A stretch of 64,000 nucleotides of DNA from the NCBI GenBank assembly GCA_040954595.2, contig CM082591.2:2441258-2505257 (forward strand), in the 5' to 3' direction. The DNA comes from Balanoglossus misakiensis. Its lineage: Eukaryota; Animalia; Hemichordata. A program made the translations under genes and the position numbers. Positions within the stretch are counted from its first letter, which is position 1; each line of letters begins with the position of its first letter. The notes below the pieces were generated by a model. It was not told the origin of the DNA, did no database searches, and saw only the letters and a list, made by a program, of their open reading frames with translations. Below, piece by piece: positions 1-15,800 of the stretch.

Positions 1-3000
1 AATCATGGGTTATAGCTCATGAAAATCATCCAAAAATGAGAATTTTTCGACTTTGCGGAAGTTCAAAATTTGGCCGATTTTTGAAAAAATCATGGGTTAT
101 AGCTCATGAAAATCATCCCAAAAATGAGAATTTTCGACTTTGCGGAATTTCAAAATTTGGCCGATTTTTGAAAAAATCATGGGTTATAGCTCATGAAAAT
201 CATCCAAAAATGAGAATTTTTCGACTTTGCGGAATTTCAAAATTTGGCCGATTTTTGAAAAAATCATGGGTTATAGCTCATGAAAATCATCCAAAAATGA
301 GAATTTTTCGACTTTGCGGAATTTCAAAATTTGGCCGATTTTTGAAAAAATCATGGGTTATAGCTCATGAAAATCATCCAAAAATGAGAATTTTTCGACT
401 TTGCGGAATTTCAAAATTTGGCCGATTTTTGAAAAAATCATGGGTTATAGCTCATGAAAATCATCCAAAAATGAGAATTTTTCGACTTTGCGGAATTTCA
501 AAATTTGGCCGATTTTTGAAAAAATCATGGGTTATAGCTCATGAAAATCATCCAAAAATGAGAATTTTTCGACTTTGCGGAATTTCAAAATTTGGCCGAT
601 TTTTGAAAAAATCATGGGTTATAGCTCATGAAAATCATCCAAAAATGAGAATTTTTCGACTTTGCGGAATTTCAAAATTTGGCCGATTTTTGAAAAAAAT
701 CATGGGTTATAGCTCATGAAAATCATCCAAAAATGAGAATTTTTCGACTTTGCGGAATTTCAAAATTTGGCCGATTTTTGAAAAAATCATGGGTTATAGC
801 TCATGAAAATCATCCAAAAATGAGAATTTTTCGACTTTGCGGAATTTCAAAATTTGGCCGATTTTTGAAAAAATCATGGGTTATAGCTCATGAAAATCAT
901 CCAAAAATGAGAATTTTTCGACTTTGCGGAATTTCAAAATTTGGCCGATTTTTGAAAAAATCATGGGTTATAGCTCATGAAAATCATCCAAAAATGAGAA
1001 TTTTTCGACTTTGCGGAATTTCAAAATTTGGCCGATTTTTGAAAAAATCATGGGTTATAGCTCATGAAAATCATCCAAAAATGAGAATTTTTCGACTTTG
1101 CGGAATTTCAAAATTTGGCCGATTTTTGAAAAAATCATGGGTTATAGCTCATGAAAATCATCCAAAAATGAGAATTTTTCGACTTTGCGGAATTTCAAAA
1201 TTTGGCCGATTTTTGAAAAAATCATGGGTTATAGCTCATGAAAATCATCCAAAAATGAGAATTTTTCGACTTTGCGGAATTTCAAAATTTGGCCGATTTT
1301 TGAAAAAATCATGGGTTATAGCTCATGAAAATCATCCAAAAATGAGAATTTTTCGACTTTGCGGAATTTCAAAATTTGGCCGATTTTTGAAAAAATCATG
1401 GGTTATAGCTCATGAAAATCATCCAAAAATGAGAATTTTTCGACTTTGCGGAATTTCAAAATTTGGCCGATTTTTGAAAAAATCATGGGTTATAGCTCAT
1501 GAAAATCATCCAAAAATGAGAATTTTTCGACTTTGCGGAATTTCAAAATTTGGCCGATTTTTGAAAAAATCATGGGTTATAGCTCATGAAAATCATCCAA
1601 AAATGAGAATTTTTCGACTTTGCGGAATTTCAAAATTTGGCCGATTTTTGAAAAAATCATGGGTTATAGCTCATGAAAATCATCCAAAAATGAGAATTTT
1701 TCGACTTTGCGGAATTTCAAAATTTGGCCGATTTTTGAAAAAATCATGGGTTATAGCTCATGAAAATCATCCAAAAATGAGAATTTTTCGACTTTGCGGA
1801 ATTTCAAAATTTGGCCGATTTTTGAAAAAATCATGGGTTATAGCTCATGAAAATCATCCAAAAATGAGAATTTTTCGACTTTGCGGAATTTCAAAATTTG
1901 GCCGATTTTTGAAAAAATCATGGGTTATAGCTCATGAAAATCATCCAAAAATGAGAATTTTTCGACTTTGCGGAATTTCAAAATTTGGCCGATTTTTGAA
2001 AAAATCATGGGTTATAGCTCATGAAAATCATCCAAAAATGAGAATTTTTCGACTTTGCGGAATTTCAAAATTTGGCCGATTTTTGAAAAAATCATGGGTT
2101 ATAGCTCATGAAAATCATCCAAAAATGAGAATTTTTCGACTTTGCGGAATTTCAAAATTTGGCCGATTTTTGAAAAAATCATGGGTTATAGCTCATGAAA
2201 ATCATCCAAAATGAGAATTTTTCGACTTTGCGGAATTTCAAAATTTGGCCGATTTTTGAAAAAATCATGGGTTATAGCTCATGAAAATCATCCAAAAATG
2301 AGAATTTTTCGACTTTGCGGAATTTCAAAATTTGGCCGATTTTTGAAAAATCATGGGTTATAGCTCATGAAAATCATCCAAAAATGAGAATTTTTCGACT
2401 TTGCGGAATTTCAAAATTTGGCCGATTTTTGAAAAAATCATGGGTTATAGCTCATGAAAATCATCCAAAAATGAGAATTTTTCGACTTTGCGGAATTTCA
2501 AAATTTGGCCGATTTTTGAAAAAATCATGGGTTATAGCTCATGAAAATCATCCAAAAATGAGAATTTTTCGACTTTGCGGAATTTCAAAATTTGGCCGAT
2601 TTTTGAAAAAATCATGGGTTATAGCTCATGAAAATCATCCAAAAATGAGAATTTTTCGACTTTGCGGAATTTCAAAATTTGGCCGATTTTTGAAAAAATC
2701 ATGGGTTATAGCTCATGAAAATCATCCAAAAATGAGAATTTTTCGACTTTGCGGAATTTCAAAATTTGGCCGATTTTTGAAAAAATCATGGGTTATAGCT
2801 CATGAAAATCATCCAAAAATGAGAATTTTTCGACTTTGCGGAATTTCAAAATTTGGCCGATTTTTGAAAAAATCATGGGTTATAGCTCATGAAAATCATC
2901 CAAAAATGAGAATTTTTCGACTTTGCGGAATTTCAAAATTTGGCCGATTTTTGAAAAAATCATGGGTTATAGCTCATGAAAATCATCCAAAATGAGAATT

Positions 3001-6000
3001 TTTCGACTTTGCGGAATTTCAAAATTTGGCCGATTTTGAAAAAATCATGGGTTATAGCTCATGAAAATCATCCAAAAATGAGAATTTTTCGACTTTGCGG
3101 AATTTCAAAATTTGGCCGATTTTTGAAAAAATCATGGGTTATAGCTCATGAAAATCATCCAAAAATGAGAATTTTTCGACTTTGCGGAATTTCAAAATTT
3201 GGCCGATTTTTGAAAAAATCATGGGTTATAGCTCATGAAAATCATCCAAAAATGAGAATTTTTCGACTTTGCGGAATTTCAAAATTTGGCCGATTTTTGA
3301 AAAAATCATGGGTTATAGCTCATGAAAATCATCCAAAAATGAGAATTTTTCGACTTTGCGGAATTTCAAAATTTGGCCGATTTTTGAAAAAATCATGGGT
3401 TATAGCTCATGAAAATCATCCAAAAATGAGAATTTTTCGACTTTGCGGAATTTCAAAATTTGGCCGATTTTTGAAAAAATCATGGGTTATAGCTCATGAA
3501 AATCATCCAAAAATGAGAATTTTTCGACTTTGCGGAATTTCAAAATTTGGCCGATTTTTGAAAAAATCATGGGTTATAGCTCATGAAAATCATCCAAAAA
3601 TGAGAATTTTTCGACTTTGCGGAATTTCAAAATTTGGCCGATTTTTGAAAAAATCATGGGTTATAGCTCATGAAAATCATCCAAAAATGAGAATTTTTCG
3701 ACTTTGCGGAATTTCAAAATTTGGCCGATTTTTGAAAAAATCATGGGTTATAGCTCATGAAAATCATCCAAAAATGAGAATTTTTCGACTTTGCGGAATT
3801 TCAAAATTTGGCCGATTTTTGAAAAAATCATGGGTTATAGCTCATGAAAATCATCCAAAAATGAGAATTTTTCGACTTTGCGGAATTTCAAAATTTGGCC
3901 GATTTTTGAAAAAATCATGGGTTATAGCTCATGAAAATCATCCAAAAATGAGAATTTTTCGACTTTGCGGAATTTCAAAATTTGGCCGATTTTTGAAAAA
4001 ATCATGGGTTATAGCTCATGAAAATCATCCAAAAATGAGAATTTTTCGACTTTGCGGAATTTCAAAATTTGGCCGATTTTTGAAAAAATCATGGGTTATA
4101 GCTCATGAAAATCATCCAAAAATGAGAATTTTTCGACTTTGCGGAATTTCAAAATTTGGCCGATTTTTGAAAAAATCATGGGTTATAGCTCATGAAAATC
4201 ATCCAAAAATGAGAATTTTTCGACTTTGCGGAATTTCAAAATTTGGCCGATTTTTGAAAAAATCATGGGTTATAGCTCATGAAAATCATCCAAAAATGAG
4301 AATTTTTCGACTTTGCGGAATTTCAAAATTTGGCCGATTTTTGAAAAAATCATGGGTTATAGCTCATGAAAATCATCCAAAAATGAGAATTTTTCGACTT
4401 TGCGGAATTTCAAAATTTGGCCGATTTTTGAAAAAATCATGGGTTATAGCTCATGAAAATCATCCAAAAATGAGAATTTTTCGACTTTGCGGAATTTCAA
4501 AATTTGGCCGATTTTTGAAAAAATCATGGGTTATAGCTCATGAAAATCATCCAAAAATGAGAATTTTTCGACTTTGCGGAATTTCAAAATTTGGCCGATT
4601 TTTGAAAAAATCATGGGTTATAGCTCATGAAAATCATCCAAAAATGAGAATTTTTCGACTTTGCGGAATTTCAAAATTTGGCCGATTTTTGAAAAAATCA
4701 TGGGTTATAGCTCATGAAAATCATCCAAAAATGAGAATTTTTCGACTTTGCGGAATTTCAAAATTTGGCCGATTTTTGAAAAAATCATGGGTTATAGCTC
4801 ATGAAAATCATCCAAAAATGAGAATTTTTCGACTTTGCGGAATTTCAAAATTTGGCCGATTTTTGAAAAAATCATGGGTTATAGCTCATGAAAATCATCC
4901 AAAAATGAGAATTTTTCGACTTTGCGGAATTTCAAAATTTGGCCGATTTTGAAAAAATCATGGGTTATAGCTCATGAAAATCATCCAAAAATGAGAATTT
5001 TTCGACTTTGCGGAATTTCAAAATTTGGCCGATTTTTGAAAAAATCATGGGTTATAGCTCATGAAAATCATCCAAAAATGAGAATTTTTCGACTTTGCGG
5101 AATTTCAAAATTTGGCCGATTTTTGAAAAAATCATGGGTTATAGCTCATGAAAATCATCCAAAAATGAGAATTTTTCGACTTTGCGGAATTTCAAAATTT
5201 GGCCGATTTTTGAAAAATCATGGGTTATAGCTCATGAAAATCATCCAAAAATGAGAATTTTTCGACTTTGCGGAATTTCAAAATTTGGCCGATTTTTGAA
5301 AAAATCATGGGTTATAGCTCATGAAAATCATCCAAAAATGAGAATTTTTCGACTTTGCGGAATTTCAAAATTTGGCCGATTTTTGAAAAAATCATGGGTT
5401 ATAGCTCATGAAAATCATCCAAAAATGAGAATTTTTCGACTTTGCGGAATTTCAAAATTTGGCCGATTTTTGAAAAAATCATGGGTTATAGCTCATGAAA
5501 ATCATCCAAAAATGAGAATTTTTCGACTTTGCGGAATTTCAAAATTTGGCCGATTTTTGAAAAAATCATGGGTTATAGCTCATGAAAATCATCCAAAAAT
5601 GAGAATTTTTCGACTTTGCGGAATTTCAAAATTTGGCCGATTTTTGAAAAAATCATGGGTTATAGCTCATGAAAATCATCCAAAAATGAGAATTTTTCGA
5701 CTTTGCGGAATTTCAAAATTTGGCCGATTTTTGAAAAAATCATGGGTTATAGCTCATGAAAATCATCCAAAAATGAGAATTTTTCGACTTTGCGGAATTT
5801 CAAAATTTGGCCGATTTTTGAAAAAATCATGGGTTATAGCTCATGAAAATCATCCAAAAATGAGAATTTTTCGACTTTGCGGAATTTCAAAATTTGGCCG
5901 ATTTTTGAAAAATCATGGGTTATAGCTCATGAAAATCATCCAAAAATGAGAATTTTTCGACTTTGCGGAATTTCAAAATTTGGCCGATTTTGAAAAAATC

Positions 6001-8349
6001 ATGGGTTATAGCTCATGAAAATCATCCAAAAATGAGAATTTTTCGACTTTGCGGAATTTCAAAATTTGGCCGATTTTTGAAAAAATCATGGGTTATAGCT
6101 CATGAAAATCATCCAAAAATGAGAATTTTTCGACTTTGCGGAATTTCAAAATTTGGCCGATTTTTGAAAAAATCATGGGTTATAGCTCATGAAAATCATC
6201 CAAAAATGAGAATTTTTCGACTTTGCGGAATTTCAAAATTTGGCCGATTTTTGAAAAAATCATGGGTTATAGCTCATGAAAATCATCCAAAAATGAGAAT
6301 TTTTCGACTTTGCGGAATTTCAAAATTTGGCCGATTTTTGAAAAAATCATGGGTTATAGCTCATGAAAATCATCCAAAAATGAGAATTTTTCGACTTTGC
6401 GGAATTTCAAAATTTGGCCGATTTTTGAAAAAATCATGGGTTATAGCTCATGAAAATCATCCAAAAATGAGAATTTTTCGACTTTGCGGAATTTCAAAAT
6501 TTGGCCGATTTTTGAAAAAATCATGGGTTATAGCTCATGAAAATCATCCAAAAATGAGAATTTTTCGACTTTGCGGAATTTCAAAATTTGGCCGATTTTT
6601 GAAAAAATCATGGGTTATAGCTCATGAAAATCATCCAAAAATGAGAATTTTTCGACTTTGCGGAATTTCAAAATTTGGCCGATTTTTGAAAAAATCATGG
6701 GTTATAGCTCATGAAAATCATCCAAAAATGAGAATTTTTCGACTTTGCGGAATTTGAAAATTTGGCCGATTTTTGAAAAAATCATGGGTTATAGCTCATG
6801 AAAATCATCCAAAAATGAGAATTTTTCGACTTTGCGGAATTTCAAAATTTGGCCGATTTTTGAAAAAATCATGGGTTATAGCTCATGAAAATCATCCAAA
6901 AATGAGAATTTTTCGACTTTGCGGAATTTGAAAATTTGGCCGATTTTTGAAAAAATCATGGGTTATAGCTCATGAAAATCATCCAAAAATGAGAATTTTT
7001 CGACTTTGCGGAATTTGAAAATTTGGCCGATTTTTGAAAAAATCATGGGTTATAGCTCATGAAAATCATCCAAAAATGAGAATTTTTCGACTTTGCGGAA
7101 TTTGAAAATTTGGCCGATTTTTGAAAAAATCATGGGTTATAGCTCATGAAAATCGTCCAAAAATGAGAATTTTTCGACTTTGCGGAATTTCAAAATTTGG
7201 CCGATTTTTGAAAAAATCATGGGTTATAGCTCATGAAAATCGTCCAAAAATGAGAATTTTTCGACTTTGCGGAATTTCAAAATTTGGCCGATTTTTGAAA
7301 AAATCATGGGTTATAGCTCATGAAAATCATCCAAAAATGAGAATTTTTCGACTTTGCGGAATTTCAAAATTTGGCCGATTTTTGAAAAAATCATGGGAAT
7401 CATCCAAAAATGAGAATTTTTCGACTTTGCGGAATTTCAAAATTTGGCCGATTTTTGAAAAAATCATGGGTTATAGCTCATGAAAATCATCCCAAAATGA
7501 GAATTTTTCGACTTTGCGGAATTTCAAAATTTGGCCGATTTTTGAAAAAAATCATGGGTTATAGCTCATGAAAATCATCCAAAAATGAGAATTTTTCGAC
7601 TTTGCGGAATTTGAAAATTTGGCCGATTTTTGAAAAAATCATGGGTTATAGCTCATGAAAATCATCCAAAAATGAGAATTTTTCGACTTTGCGGAATTTG
7701 AAAATTTGGCCGATTTTTGAAAAAATCATGGGTTATAGCTCATGAAAATCATCCAAAAATGAGAATTTTTCGACTTTGCGGAATTTGAAAATTTGGCCGA
7801 TTTTTGAAAAAATCATGGGTTATAGCTCATGAAAATCATCCAAAAATGAGAATTTTTCGACTTTGCGGAATTTCAAAATTTGGCCGATTTTTGAAAAAAT
7901 CATGGGTTATAGCTCATGAAAATCACCCAAAAATGAGAATTTTTCGACTTTGCGGAATTTCAAAATTTGGCCGATTTTTGAAAAAATCATGGGTTATAGC
8001 TCATGAAAATCACCCAAAAATGAGAATTTTTCGACTTTGCGGAATTTCAAAATTTGGCCGATTTTTGAAAAAATCATGGGTTATAGCTCATGAAAATCAT
8101 CCAAAAATGAGAATTTTTCGACTTTGCGGAATTTCAAAATTTGGCCGATTTTTGAAAAAATCATGGGTTATAGCTCATGAAAATCATCCAAAAATGAGAA
8201 TTTTTCGACTTTGCGGAATTTCAAAATTTGGCCGATTTTTGAAAAAAACATGGGTTATAGCTCATGAAAATCATCCCAAAATGACAATTTTTCGACTTTG
8301 CGAAATATCGAAATTTCTTCATTTTTTTCAAAAAATCATCCCAAAATGA
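1..8349. repeat. 87-bp tandem satellite array, ~95 copies, truncated by the window start
   Basis: Unit AATCATGGGTTATAGCTCATGAAAATCATCCAAAAATGAGAATTTTTCGACTTTGCGGAATTTCAAAATTTGGCCGATTTTTGAAAA repeated head-to-tail. Nearly identical up to ~6750 apart from homopolymer indels; substitutions and a deletion appear toward the edge. Confidence 0.99.
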
Positions 8350-8405
8350 TGTTTTTTTTCAAAAAAATGAAGAAATTTTGAAAAATCGCAGAGTCGAAAA
8401 ATTGT
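8284..8405. repeat. Imperfect inverted repeat (~55-60-bp arms) of satellite-derived sequence at the array edge
   Basis: Left arm ACAATTTTTCGACTTTGCGA..AAATTTCTTCATTTTTTTCAAAAAA matches the reverse complement of the right arm, ACAATTTTTCGACTCTGCGA..AAATTTCTTCATTTTTTTGAAAAAA. Confidence 0.85.
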
Positions 8406-8485
8406 TTAATTTGACTTCTATACTCATTTTTACTCATTCTCGTCTTCACCTAAATACAACAAACCAACGATGGTACTATATTTAA

Positions 8486-8501
8486 TTTATTTCGTTTTAT
8501 T
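8486..8501 (-). terminator. Two AATAAA polyadenylation signals of the DED-GT-kinase gene
   Basis: TTTATT at 8486-8491 and 8496-8501 on the plus strand, ~95-110 nt downstream of the TAG stop at 8595. Confidence 0.55.
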
Positions 8502-8594
8502 TCAATTTCTATTAAATCATGACAAAATCAAAGTGTTCTAATTCAACTTGTATTCACTTGCTGTTTTAGGTCTGTCTGTGGGATAATAATGAGG

Positions 8595-12872
<4,278 letters not shown>

Positions 12873-15800
12873 ACTGCAACATGGATGCCGTCTGGAAAAT
12901 GTAGATTATGTGGATAAAATCCAGAATCTTCCTTGTGTGTTTCCTGCGAGTTGAAATAAAGAAAAGAATCCGTGAATCGAAAGTGAACGAATTTTGGTAC
13001 TTTACTGACAGCGCGGTGTCAAATCTCTCCCACCATGTTATTTTCAGAGAACATATCCCATCATATAGCACAAACATCGTACGAACGGCCTTACCCGGAA
13101 ACAGTTCGTTTAAAGGACATATCGTCTGCTTCCCAGCCTGCCTTTGAAAAGTAACAGAGGTGCAGCTTAATAAAAAATATTTTCTACGCCCAACTTGCAT
13201 TTGCGGGATGGGGAGCGAATCTAAGCCTTGGATGTCTATAGATTCCCGTAGATATTTGCGTGACAATGTAATTCTTGGAAGAGACAGAAACTATTTAGGT
13301 CAAAACCAAGCCGGGCGAAATCGTAAAAAAAACGTTCAGATAATGATCACAATCTAATCCAAAAACTATTCATTTTAAAAAGAGATATCTACATATAACA
13401 AGTTCACTTTTCGAAGGTCACTGGAGGAGAGAAGATGAGTGTGAACACACAAAATACACATGACATTCAACAGCAAAGAACTATCTCTAACCTGTCTGCT
13501 GTTCTGGTCGTTATTCTGTTATTTTGAGTCGCCGATTCGACGGGTGGTAAACCACCATTTTTTCAGCCGTGACATTCACTTATAATAAAAGTATTTATGC
13601 CGTAGTCATAGCAACTCTAGCGTGCAAAATCAGCACCATTTAATTTGACTAGGAAGTGTTCTTTAACACTATACTACACAAGTGGCTGTATTTCTGACGG
13701 CATATTCGTCAGTTCTGGTCGACGGGTCATACATGTAATTCAGTTTTTGATAACGCGTCCTTATTGTCAGCCTTGGTTTGGTAATATAAAGTTCATTTAC
13801 GGCGGCGACAACTCTACTGAGCTGAACCTTATATTGCTCCGCAGCTGAGAAGGACGGTCGCTAGTCATTTAGGACGTGAACATTTTTGGTCGTGGTTGTT
13901 TAGAGTGTGGGGTCAGCCATTACTATTTGCATAGTTTACAACAGGTCAATGTACACATATACGCGTCACACTGTTTTGGTAAAATGGGTGTAGGCCAATG
14001 ATACGTTCCCAGTGAGATAAAATATGAGTTTTTTGAAATCAGTTTCATGTCAGTGAAACTGGGGGAGAATTTAAGTCATATATTACTTCTTCCTTTATTT
14101 TTGTACGCGCAACTTTTTACTAACATGACAACGGACACAACTTTTGCTCTCGGTTTGCTTCACCGCGGTTGGTTTGACTGCGTTATCGTAAAGAGCGCCA
14201 CCATCGCCTAAGTTGGTGAACCTCACGAAACACAATGTCCTGAGTTGGCGCCGTTTACTCGGGCTCCAATGCAAAAACTGTCTCAACTGGTTTATGTAAT
14301 AGTACTGGAAAATATTTTACTGTTTTGAGAATTTGTGTTAACTTTTTCCTCACAATTTTATGCTGAAGATTGCTACTGTGTATTTGTCTTTAAGGGAAAC
14401 AAATTCCATGTTGACTAGAAAGTGAATGACACTTTGCTAAATTCTTAGCGACGAAACAAGTGCACCAATGATTGTCCAGATTTAAAATGCTGGAGTAGGT
14501 GTTAGGGGCGCTCTTTAAAAGGCGAAGGTCCTGCAGTGATGTTGAAGTCACCTTAACTCAATACAGCGAAGTAGTTTCACAATAAAACCTCCATGAACTC
14601 AAGTTGTGTCCATCCTCCCTATAATTTCTACACCGTTGCCATGTCTCCCTGCCCGTAAAACAAAATCACGGTGCGTTTGACTGACAATAATGTCAAAGGT
14701 CAGAGAAAGGTCGGCCGGGCAGGTGGCAAGTCCTTACACCCATTGAACACATTACTGACAATAAAAGCCACAACACTTCCAAAATGACGGCTCCCTGACA
14801 GCTTGCCTCGTAAAAATTTCAAAGCGTGAATTCACATCTCTTTGCTCGTCTGCGTTTGGTTTTACACGCATGCACGGATTAGCAATGGTGACGGCGATGA
14901 GGACAGAAGCCGAAGACCCATCTCATTTGCATATGTTCTGTCTGTCTGTCATTCAAAGATAGCAACATGGTGGGCCAGTCGACTGGAAAAAAACATGCCT
15001 GTCTCTGTTCCATCTGAGTCTCTCACATCTCGAGCGAGGAGTACCCGGTTTGAGTGACTTTTATGTCGAATTCTTACTCTCGATGCCATCCGCGAGTCAC
15101 ACTGCAAGTCCAGATTTTCGCTTGAGGGCGCACACGTGTACTCTGTCAAAGACACGGGCGCGCGCGTCCAGAAAACGATAAAACCCGAACTAACAAGTTT
15201 CGTGCTGCCCCTATTTGCATTGTGCGTTCCGCGTACATGTCGTTTCAAAGAATTCTACATTTACGAGTGTCTTTGTCCCCCTCGATAAAACCCGCCGTAA
15301 ACTTTTTTTTACGATATTATAAGCTTATTGTATATAATGCATATGCAAATTAACGCAAGTCAGTTCGTCTAGGATGGCCCCGCGTACGTGTATCACCAGA
15401 CTTCACTTGATATATAGTCCGCTTGCTCGGTAATACCGAAAGAGCGAAGCGCAGAACATCTGTTGGAAATAAAACCCATGACCCGCGTTCGCAATCGCAC
15501 ACCTTTCGATCACACATCTGTTTGCCAGTCTTTCCGATTACATGGCGGAGGGACTCTGTTCATAGAGCATTATGATATTTTAAAGGTCAGCGAATCGCTC
15601 GTATGAGTTATGGTGTGTGCGTTACAATCCGAATTACTGACATAAACCGAAGCTCGTTCGCTCGGGTGCACGCACACGCACCTGCAATCGTCTAAACACC
15701 CGCCAACTCTAACTCAAGCGTGCATCCACCCCACCCTCCCCAATTCCAAGAAAAAAAACATGATTAATAATAAATACAGACCGGCGTGATGAAGATAGTT

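Noticed and set aside
690-6000. Single-base indel variants among satellite monomers
   Set aside because: All fall in A/T homopolymer runs, typical of long-read consensus error, so not treated as biology.
36-8349. Long ORFs (up to 658 aa) of repeating MRIFRLCGISKFGRFLKKSWVIAHENHPK
   Set aside because: Artefact of an 87-bp (29-codon) unit with one stop-free frame. There is no synonymous variation, and frames break at random homopolymer indels.
1-8349. CRISPR-like array (regular palindromic repeats)
   Set aside because: No variable spacers, no cas genes, and a spliceosomal eukaryotic context.
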